Positions 56,378 through 64,000 of a stretch of DNA of 64,000 nt are shown piece by piece (position 1 is the first letter of the stretch; each line of letters starts with the position of its first letter). Under the pieces are notes generated by a model. That model ran no database searches, was not told the origin of the DNA, and was given only the letters and a program-made list of their open reading frames with translations. Made by a program: the position numbers and the translations under genes. This stretch comes from Candidatus Micrarchaeota archaeon. Lineage in GTDB: Archaea > Micrarchaeota > Micrarchaeia > Anstonellales > Bilamarchaeaceae. The DNA is taken from NCBI GenBank assembly GCA_030648615.1, contig JAUSHJ010000071.1:830-64829 (forward strand). Direction: 5' to 3'.

Positions 56378-58360
56378 TCATGGACGTTTTGGTCTGGTTT
56401 CTTCTGTTCCTATTCCGTTATTGTAGTGAACAGATATCTGTTCTGGTTCCAAAGGAACACCGTAGATATAAACATTGTCGATTTGACCTACGAATGGATT
56501 AGCTAAGGAACTACTTGAACTGTTACCAAATAGAAGAGAAGTAGTCGTATTGAGTAATGGAGATGTGTCACCACGCAATTCATGATCACCAGGAACATAT
56601 TGACCATCAATATAAAGACGTAATCTATGATCGCCATACGTCGCAGCTAGTTGATGCCAACTTGAATCATTAACATTAACAGTAGAAGATTTAGTATACC
56701 AGTCCGCACAGGTAGCTCCGCAATTACCAGTTGTAACTGCAGAGGATACATTAATACCGTAAGAGCCAATCATATAGCCTTGTGTTGGATTGAGTGTCGC
56801 TTTCTGCATTATAGGTGCAACATAACCTTGTGATCCAGAAAGTCTAAACCATGCTACCATAGTTATTTGATCAGTTGGATTTATCACAGGTGAATCTGGA
56901 ACTGAAATCATTCCGCTACCATCAAAAGAAGCTGCAGTACCCATATATATACTTTTTGAAGCTACCCCTAAAATTACCCCGCCTGATAGAGACCCACTAA
57001 CGACATTTGATGAACTTATATTCGGATCATTACTAACAGAAGCGCTACCCTGAGGCTCATTAAAAGTCATATGCAAAATTGGCTGAGGCAAAACACATGA
57101 ATTTTGTGCAGGGTCGCAGGTCTCACCATTTGACAAACACTGTTCGTCTTCTGGTGCATTCCAACCAGTACCGCTCAAATTGCAAGTTATTGTTCTAACT
57201 GTAACTAAATCGGAACAACTAATTTCTTTGGAATCAGGTATACAAACTACCCCAGCATCAGTTCCTCCATCAACACTTGATCCAGCATCGGCAGCTAATC
57301 CGGCATCTGAATGACCTCCGTTTGAACCACCGTCTCCTACTCTACCACCATCTGCAGTAATTCCACCATCGGTTCTAGTAGTACTACCGGCATCTCCTCG
57401 TGCTCCACCGTCGTTAGATGTGGATTGACCTCCATCTGAAAATGTGCCAGCGTCTCTAAGGGAACCTGCGTCTATTGAATATCCTGCATCCCCGCCGTCT
57501 AGAGTTCCGGATCCCGAGTCTCGCGGCCCTGCATCTTGTGCTGATCCTGCGTCTCCTACTCGCCCACCGTCTCTAGTTCCTTGTCCAGCATCTCCTCTTC
57601 TGCCACCATCTCTACCACCATCAGTTCTGGTAATTCCACCATCAAACGAATGGCAAAAAGTAGTATCTACAACCCAAACTGAATTAAAACAAGTTACAAG
57701 TTCGTCACCAATATCGCAAGGAACAGTATACCATTCCCCAGTAGTACAAATTTGGCCACCGTCTCCACCGTCTCGTATTCCATGACCAGCATCTGTATGA
57801 CCGCCATCTAATCCTGCATCTCCAGTTTTACCTGCATCTTTACCAGCATCTCGCCCGCCATCAAGCCCTGCATCTAAAATTCCATTTCCAGAATCTCGAA
57901 GTCCCGCATCATCTGCTCTTTGCCCAGCATCTCTACCGGCATCGTCATTACAAGTCGCTTCGCGACAGCTGCCATCGGGTTTTTTACCACCATCGAGGAC
58001 TTGACTTGTGCTTCCATCTTTGGCAGTAGAACCATCTGCAATAATTGCACCATCTAAACCAGGAACAGGATGACATTCATCTGTTTTAAAAATAGTTGGT
58101 CCTTGAGGTGTATCCTTGCAAATGATTGTAGCTTCTAATGTATTATCATCACCACAAAAACAGATTGCTTCTCGCCCTACAGTAGATGAATTACATATTG
58201 ATTCGAGTTTAGGTTCGTTGCACTTACCAACATGAGGAAGGGCACCGGTTTTACTTCCTATTACGCATCCTGATAAAGATGTAAAAAATGAGAGTGTACT
58301 TGCTACTGTTGCAACTAGAAGTGTTGATCTTTTCAATGATCTTTGGGTTAACAGTGCCAT
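56378..58360 (-). CDS. Lipoprotein with DAG/DGG low-complexity repeats and C-terminal LamG domain
   Basis: Lipobox SLSGC; dozens of DAG/DGG tripeptides; WHQLAATY...LYIDG...FVGQIDNVYIY (LamG/concanavalin-like). Confidence 0.8.
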   Translation of the reverse strand: MALLTQRSLKRSTLLVATVASTLSFFTSLSGCVIGSKTGALPHVGKCNEPKLESICNSSTVGREAICFCGDDNTLEATIICKDTPQGPTIFKTDECHPVPGLDGAIIADGSTAKDGSTSQVLDGGKKPDGSCREATCNDDAGRDAGQRADDAGLRDSGNGILDAGLDGGRDAGKDAGKTGDAGLDGGHTDAGHGIRDGGDGGQICTTGEWYTVPCDIGDELVTCFNSVWVVDTTFCHSFDGGITRTDGGRDGGRRGDAGQGTRDGGRVGDAGSAQDAGPRDSGSGTLDGGDAGYSIDAGSLRDAGTFSDGGQSTSNDGGARGDAGSTTRTDGGITADGGRVGDGGSNGGHSDAGLAADAGSSVDGGTDAGVVCIPDSKEISCSDLVTVRTITCNLSGTGWNAPEDEQCLSNGETCDPAQNSCVLPQPILHMTFNEPQGSASVSNDPNISSSNVVSGSLSGGVILGVASKSIYMGTAASFDGSGMISVPDSPVINPTDQITMVAWFRLSGSQGYVAPIMQKATLNPTQGYMIGSYGINVSSAVTTGNCGATCADWYTKSSTVNVNDSSWHQLAATYGDHRLRLYIDGQYVPGDHELRGDTSPLLNTTTSLLFGNSSSSSLANPFVGQIDNVYIYGVPLEPEQISVHYNNGIGTEETRPKRP

Positions 58361-58659
58361 ATTTACCTGCATGAATTATATTAGCTTCTATTTTAAAATA
58401 TTTGTGTTTCTAGATGGTTTAGGCTGTTTAGCTAGACCTTGTTACATAGCTCGTCTTGCAGAATACAATTTTTCTCACTGATTAATTAACAGTTTATATT
58501 AGTTATGGGTGCATTTTACACTACTTTAATATATTCGTAGTTGTACAACGACCTCTTTAGCTAAGAAAAATAATATGTGAATATTTATAAACATTACATG
58601 GAGAGTTATAAATAATATATGAATATTCGTATCAATTAATATTTATGAGGCGATGAATT

Positions 58660-61188
58660 ATGAATATGAAGACTATTTTTATATGTACAATAACGATGAT
58701 TTTAATATTTTCAGGTTTAAGTTTTGCTGACATTAATATCACTAGTACAAGTTGTAGCATAGCCATAGGCACATCTGTCAATGAAACCGACGTCAATGTA
58801 ACTGCAGGATCGCTCGTTGCAACAACAATTTCCGGAGTATCAACATGGGCCACGTTACCTGCTGATGGGATAGTAAGAATAATTTCAAATCAAATTGGTA
58901 TTAGTGGCGTAGATTGTATCATAATAACTAGAGCAAACGGACTAACTTTAGATCTTAATGGAACTACCCTTAGACGTTCTACAGATCCAGCTTCTCCAGA
59001 TAGTGCAATAAGAATACTTAGCCTAAACAATTCGAAAATAATAAACGGTACCATACAATCAAACCAGAAGAATTACAATATAGGTGCAATAATAGGCGTA
59101 AATACCTCTACTAACGTTACAATATCCAATGTTAATATTTATAATATATCAACAGATGGCACTACAGCTATAGATGCAATTAACATTTCGAATACGATGA
59201 ATTGGACATTGAATAATATCAGCATATCTAACTTATCTACAAATTCGATAGGACTCGCAATAACTAATTCAACTGGAATAAAAATTATAAACAGTCAATT
59301 TGGTGGAAGTTCTACAACCTCTCCGAGCAATATTACAACACGTTGGATGGTTATACGAGCAGGCACAAGCACAGAAAACACGAGTTTAACCAATGTCACT
59401 TTTAATACTACAGCAATCGACTTATTATCTTGGGGCGGCAATACAACAATATCACAACAAGACGGAGATCCGATTTCTTCCCATAATGCCCCGACAGTCG
59501 GATCTAGTGCAGGGTCTGGAATAAAATTCATCAATATAACAAATAATTCAGCAATTGGAGCAACAGCAAACTTAACTATGTATACTGGGTCTAGCCCGCC
59601 TAATACGGTTGGATTATATACTACAACAGATAGCATAAGTTGGGTCATTAGATCATACACATATCCTTTTAGCGGAACTTCTGTTTCATACCTAAATTTT
59701 GTAGTTGGAACGATATATGCATTATTTGGAGGAACGACAACTTTACAATCTACAGGTTCTTCAGGAACTACCTCACCTCCTCCAGTAGAAGAATCGATAC
59801 CAATGGGAGATGTAAATTGTGGAACAGATGGAAAATATCATTTCACAAGTGCATCTAACCCTGACAGCTATGGTGTAAATTATGGGCAAGACACTTCAAA
59901 ATTAACACACGTGATGAACTCTGGAAACGACTATTCATTTGATTTTGTAGGTTTAGGAGATTATTATGCAACAGTTTACAAGAGCCCTGACTCAAACTAT
60001 AGAACGTACCACATAAGTGAACCGTGTGGACAAAAAGAATTAGAAGTTTTAACAGCAATTACCTGCCCAAGCAATTTAGTAGTAACAGTAACAGATGTAA
60101 ATTCTGGTGCAGCAGTAAGCGATGCATCAATAACTAAAGGAACTGGACCAACTGGAAGTCTATGTTTGGTTTCTACTTCTAATGGAATAAAAAATACAGA
60201 TAGTAGTGGAAAAGTTAGTTACCCGCTATCGGAATTTTCTAGCAATTATGATTATTGTTTCGAAGCTAGCAAATCAGGATACCTAACAAAAAAAGTAGAT
60301 GTCAAGTATAGTACATTGAGTTGCGGCACCACGGTAGTAACTACTGAAGTTTCCTGTCCTGCTGGAACTGTATTAAAAGCAACAGCAAAGGACCAAAATG
60401 GAAATCCCTTATCTGGAATATTAGGATTATTTAGAGGAAGTGAAACTGGTGAATACTCACATGACATACAAATTGGAATTAATGGAGAAGGATCTGCAAG
60501 CATAATAGATATAGGTGAAGAAGGAGATTATATCGCTACGTTTACACCAGACAATCATATATATCAGCCATATAGAGCAACAATAACGATAAAATCACAG
60601 GAATGTGCAGCACCAACTGACAACACAGATGGAACTACTACTGGAACAGATACAACTGGAGGAGACACCACAGGTGGAAATAGTGGAGGGGATAACGGTG
60701 GTAGCGGAAACAGTGGCGGAAGTGGAACTCCGGTTAACCAACCAACAGTTACCTATGACCTCCAAACACAGGATAGTGGAAATGTAGGTGACGACTCACC
60801 AGTAACAGTTACGAAGGACAATAAACCATATTCGAATGCAAAAGTACTTGCCACTTTACCAAACGGAAAAGTAATTACACTTACAACTGATAGTGAAGGT
60901 AAAATAATATTACCATTAGAGTTTGCAGGTCAATACAAATTGTCACTATTAAATGAACAAGGAGATACAGTAAAGAATAAAAATCTACAAGCACTAGCTA
61001 CGAAAACAGGTGGAGATGGATTCTCTATACCTGGTTTAACCATATTTAGTGGAGAAAACGTTGGTAAAACAGCAATAGTTGCAGTAGTCGGTCTGGTAGT
61101 AATAGTAGGGGCATACTTCTACTTCCGTGGAAGAGAGGGCGGCAGTAGTGAAGATGATTATAAATCTAAAAGAGGATCCAAAAACTAA
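58660..61188 (+). CDS. Large surface protein: signal peptide, parallel beta-helix-like region, Ig-like domains, G/T/D-rich linker, C-terminal TM
   Basis: Asn/Ile/Ser/Thr periodic repeats (NVTISNVNIYNI, NWTLNNISISNL); C-terminal AIVAVVGLVVIVGAYFYF. Confidence 0.75.
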   Translation: MNMKTIFICTITMILIFSGLSFADINITSTSCSIAIGTSVNETDVNVTAGSLVATTISGVSTWATLPADGIVRIISNQIGISGVDCIIITRANGLTLDLNGTTLRRSTDPASPDSAIRILSLNNSKIINGTIQSNQKNYNIGAIIGVNTSTNVTISNVNIYNISTDGTTAIDAINISNTMNWTLNNISISNLSTNSIGLAITNSTGIKIINSQFGGSSTTSPSNITTRWMVIRAGTSTENTSLTNVTFNTTAIDLLSWGGNTTISQQDGDPISSHNAPTVGSSAGSGIKFINITNNSAIGATANLTMYTGSSPPNTVGLYTTTDSISWVIRSYTYPFSGTSVSYLNFVVGTIYALFGGTTTLQSTGSSGTTSPPPVEESIPMGDVNCGTDGKYHFTSASNPDSYGVNYGQDTSKLTHVMNSGNDYSFDFVGLGDYYATVYKSPDSNYRTYHISEPCGQKELEVLTAITCPSNLVVTVTDVNSGAAVSDASITKGTGPTGSLCLVSTSNGIKNTDSSGKVSYPLSEFSSNYDYCFEASKSGYLTKKVDVKYSTLSCGTTVVTTEVSCPAGTVLKATAKDQNGNPLSGILGLFRGSETGEYSHDIQIGINGEGSASIIDIGEEGDYIATFTPDNHIYQPYRATITIKSQECAAPTDNTDGTTTGTDTTGGDTTGGNSGGDNGGSGNSGGSGTPVNQPTVTYDLQTQDSGNVGDDSPVTVTKDNKPYSNAKVLATLPNGKVITLTTDSEGKIILPLEFAGQYKLSLLNEQGDTVKNKNLQALATKTGGDGFSIPGLTIFSGENVGKTAIVAVVGLVVIVGAYFYFRGREGGSSEDDYKSKRGSKN

Positions 61189-61331
61189 TTCTCCTTCTTT
61201 GTTCTTTTTTGTTTTCTTATTTTTATTTATTTTCCCTATATTTTAGTTATTATTTTTCTAATTTTTATAATGATCCTTGATTCGTACTTAATCAACTGAT
61301 TAGTTAGTAATTTAAACTAATTTTAAGAATA

Positions 61332-61369
61332 TACAGTAATCCACATAAATAATGCGGATTACAGTCTAG
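61332..61369. repeat. 38-bp palindromic dispersed repeat, copy B
   Basis: Exact reverse complement of 21969-22006; followed by a partial third arm AGTAATCCAC (61368-61377). Confidence 0.9.
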
Positions 61370-61450
61370 TAATCCACGAGATATTTATGATCTAAGAAAA
61401 TCGCATTACTTTCGTGAATTGCTATAGATAACGTTTATTGAGTTGAATAT

Positions 61451-62686
61451 ATGATTAATACTTTTGACGTGATAGTTGTAGGTGGAGGACCAGGAGGTTC
61501 TACCACTGCTGCATTTCTTGCAGAAAAATACGGAAAAAAAGTTCTACTTCTTGAGAAAGAACAATTCCCGCGAGATAAACCTTGCGGCGATGCTATTTCT
61601 GGTAAAAGCATGGGTGTGCTAACTGAGTTAGGAATAAAAACTGATATAGAATCCACCAATCCGATAAAAACTCATGGCGTAGTATTGAGTTCTCCAAAAG
61701 GAGTAGTGCTTGACATTCCATTCAAGTCTAAAGATCCGAACAGGCACAGCTATGGTTATGTTTGTAAAAGATTTATTTATGATAATATATTGTTTCAGCA
61801 TACAAAAGGTCTGAAAAATGTTACTACCATTGAAAAATTCCAGGTTAATGATTTACTCTATGACGGAACACAAATAGTAGGGGTAATTGGCAAAAATCTT
61901 GATAGTGGAAAGGAAATGCAATTTACGGCAAAAGTAGTTGTAGGAGCAGACGGTGCCAACGGTTTCGTTGCCGGGAAATTAGGTGTTGGTGGATTTGATG
62001 ATAATCACAGAGTAATATCGATTAGAGCATACTATGATGGTGTCAAAGGAATGAAACCGGCAATAGAAATTCATTTTGTTAAGTCCTTGATACCAGGTTA
62101 TTTCTGGATATTTCCATTAAATGATCACGAAGCCAACGTAGGAGTAGGCATGATTGCTTCTGACATGAAAAAATTAAAAATGAATTTACAAAAAGAAATG
62201 CTAGAGATAATTACAAATCACCATGTTTTCAAAGAAAGATTCAAAGATGCAAAATTAGTTTCTGATATTAAAGGCTGGAATTTACCATTAGGTTCAAAAA
62301 TAAGAAAATGCGCCGGAAATGGCTACGTTCTCGTAGGTGATGCTGCATCTTTAATAGATCCATTTAGTGGGGAAGGCATTGGAAATGCTATGTACTCCGG
62401 AAGATTAGCTGCCCAGATAATAAACAAGGCATTTGAGAAGAATAATTTTACTATTACGACATTGGCGGAATATGAAACAACACTTAGAGAAGAACTTACT
62501 CCAGAACTAAAAACATCTTACTACTTACAAAAGCTTGGGCAGAATCAGTTGTTACTTAACTGGGTTATAGAAAAGGCAGCAACAAAAGAAAGCGTAAGAG
62601 AAATATTATCTGGAATGCTTGCAAATACCAAAGCTAAGAAAGGACTGGTTAATCCACTGTTTTATTTGAAATTGTTGCTTTCCTAG
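61451..62686 (+). CDS. Geranylgeranyl-reductase-family protein
   Basis: DVIVVGGGPGG, FPRDKPCGDAIS, GYFWIFP, LVGDAASLIDPFSGEGI; close paralogue of 51765-53087. Confidence 0.9.
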   Translation: MINTFDVIVVGGGPGGSTTAAFLAEKYGKKVLLLEKEQFPRDKPCGDAISGKSMGVLTELGIKTDIESTNPIKTHGVVLSSPKGVVLDIPFKSKDPNRHSYGYVCKRFIYDNILFQHTKGLKNVTTIEKFQVNDLLYDGTQIVGVIGKNLDSGKEMQFTAKVVVGADGANGFVAGKLGVGGFDDNHRVISIRAYYDGVKGMKPAIEIHFVKSLIPGYFWIFPLNDHEANVGVGMIASDMKKLKMNLQKEMLEIITNHHVFKERFKDAKLVSDIKGWNLPLGSKIRKCAGNGYVLVGDAASLIDPFSGEGIGNAMYSGRLAAQIINKAFEKNNFTITTLAEYETTLREELTPELKTSYYLQKLGQNQLLLNWVIEKAATKESVREILSGMLANTKAKKGLVNPLFYLKLLLS

Positions 62687-62716
62687 TGATATGTCTCTAA
62701 GTAAAATTGATTAATT

Positions 62717-63970
62717 TTAATCAGGTGGTAACCGTGGCAATACTTTTTTCATCAGATCAATTGCCTGATCTTTAGTACAAATAGGTACTTCCAGTTGCAT
62801 AATAACTTGTTGTCTTCCTTTCTTTGTAATTAAGAAAGTACTTTCACCTAATTTTATATAATATGATTTGTCACCCAAATTATTAACAACTTCACGTTGA
62901 CCATAGGAATACATTGTTTCGAAATTACTTACATCATTGGTTTGATAAAGATTTAGACCATAGTCGCTATCAGATGTCGAATCCCAGAATTGACAACTGC
63001 GACCGTCTATTGGTTCGTGAGTTAAAGTTGGCTGATTGCAAGTAGTTTTTACTTCGTCTTGAGAAAGTAACGTGCAAGAATCTTTTACCAATGGAGCTGG
63101 TGCCTGATAAGTTCCATTCAATTTTCTGCCTTGCCAATCCGTATCGTCAATAAGTTTTCCAGTTAATTTACAGGTAATTACCGCAGTATCAATGTAATCC
63201 TTGCCACTATTGACTTCTGGATCATTTGGTCCTGGAATGTATGCTAAATGAAGCGTCAATGTTCCTTTTTCAAATCCCTTGTAGTGATCTCTACCATCTG
63301 ATAATTTAGTTGATAATTTAAGTTCTTTTGTCTTCGCAAGTATGTATGTAATGTAATTTTGACCATCTAAAAGACCAGAAGTAGTACTCCAGTAGGCAAC
63401 ATCATATTGAGAATCAGATTTATCATTAAGAACGTCTAAATTCTTGTGAGATCTAATCATAGTTATTCCGTTTCCTAGATCTCCGCCCACTACTCCACCT
63501 TGGTCTAATGCACCTGATCGATCTGTAAGGAATTCATATGACCGACCTTCTAGTGATTTATCAAGTTTATTTATTACATAGAAATATAATGAATCTGAAC
63601 CTACCCAATTATCCCCGTAATCAACAATTTTTTCCTGTTCATTTTTTGGAGAATATGCAATCACATACGGTCTGTAAACCTCTAGGTAATCAAGATTAGA
63701 AGTACACGTCACCATGTCTTCACGAATATCTATACCTCTACCTTTCAGGCTACCTACCTTTTGATCTATAGCAATCTTAATCTTCTGAACTCGAGAATTA
63801 TCTCCGCCAACTGCATTTGTGACGGAATTGGAAATGTCAGTTATTGGATTACTATCTGCACTAGCTGTAGTGCCACTATTATTTTGTTGTTCTTTTGATT
63901 GTGTAGTACAGCCTGCCAACAGAATAACCAAAACAAATCCTACAAAAAGCAATTTATGAATGTTTTCCAT
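62717..63970 (-). CDS. Lipoprotein with DUF3558-like C-terminal domain
   Basis: Lipobox LLAGC; DSCTLLSQDEV...SCQF...VNNLGDKSY. Confidence 0.6.
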   Translation of the reverse strand: MENIHKLLFVGFVLVILLAGCTTQSKEQQNNSGTTASADSNPITDISNSVTNAVGGDNSRVQKIKIAIDQKVGSLKGRGIDIREDMVTCTSNLDYLEVYRPYVIAYSPKNEQEKIVDYGDNWVGSDSLYFYVINKLDKSLEGRSYEFLTDRSGALDQGGVVGGDLGNGITMIRSHKNLDVLNDKSDSQYDVAYWSTTSGLLDGQNYITYILAKTKELKLSTKLSDGRDHYKGFEKGTLTLHLAYIPGPNDPEVNSGKDYIDTAVITCKLTGKLIDDTDWQGRKLNGTYQAPAPLVKDSCTLLSQDEVKTTCNQPTLTHEPIDGRSCQFWDSTSDSDYGLNLYQTNDVSNFETMYSYGQREVVNNLGDKSYYIKLGESTFLITKKGRQQVIMQLEVPICTKDQAIDLMKKVLPRLPPD

Positions 63971-64000
63971 GCTATAAAGATACGATTAAAGGTTAAAAAT

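Noticed and set aside
866-60787. Numerous short antisense ORFs in the six-frame track
   Set aside because: They are shadows of longer, motif-bearing genes on the opposite strand or frame.
1-64000. CRISPR arrays and rRNA genes
   Set aside because: No regularly spaced 25-40 bp repeats and no rRNA-like conserved segments were seen.

Overview
AT-rich archaeal chromosome segment. Evidence: PriS primase, a BHB-intron tRNA, a class III signal-peptide pilin, TATA boxes and GAGGTG Shine-Dalgarno sites. Gene content suggests a DPANN lineage such as Micrarchaeota (inference). Housekeeping genes (priS, purD, glmM, glmU, ino1 plus a CDP-alcohol phosphatidyltransferase, three geranylgeranyl-reductase paralogues, pepA, asparaginase, 5-formyl-THF cyclo-ligase) alternate with orphan ORFs, toxin-antitoxin and Fic genes, and large surface proteins (two DUF3494 ice-binding-like, one LamG with DAG/DGG repeats, one beta-helix/Ig). 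Main results of the hunt: (1) A dispersed family of short cassettes made of tandem perfect hairpins, at about ten loci. They lie between genes, inside CDSs (a 111-bp in-frame insert in glmM with a 6-bp direct repeat; a 55-bp frameshifting insert in a DUF460 gene), and form the 161-nt T-loop (59/60) intron of tRNA-Leu(CAG), which shares a near-identical 30-nt module with an intergenic copy 23 kb away. (2) A protein with sigma70 regions 2, 3 and 4 in an archaeal genome. (3) A VirB4-like ATPase operon with membrane proteins. (4) Degenerate heptamer arrays at gene ends, an IS200/IS605-type non-autonomous element, and an exact 38-bp palindromic repeat present twice. All protein family calls come from motifs recognised by eye; no database search was run. 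Start codons were adjusted where SD, TATA or motif evidence indicated.
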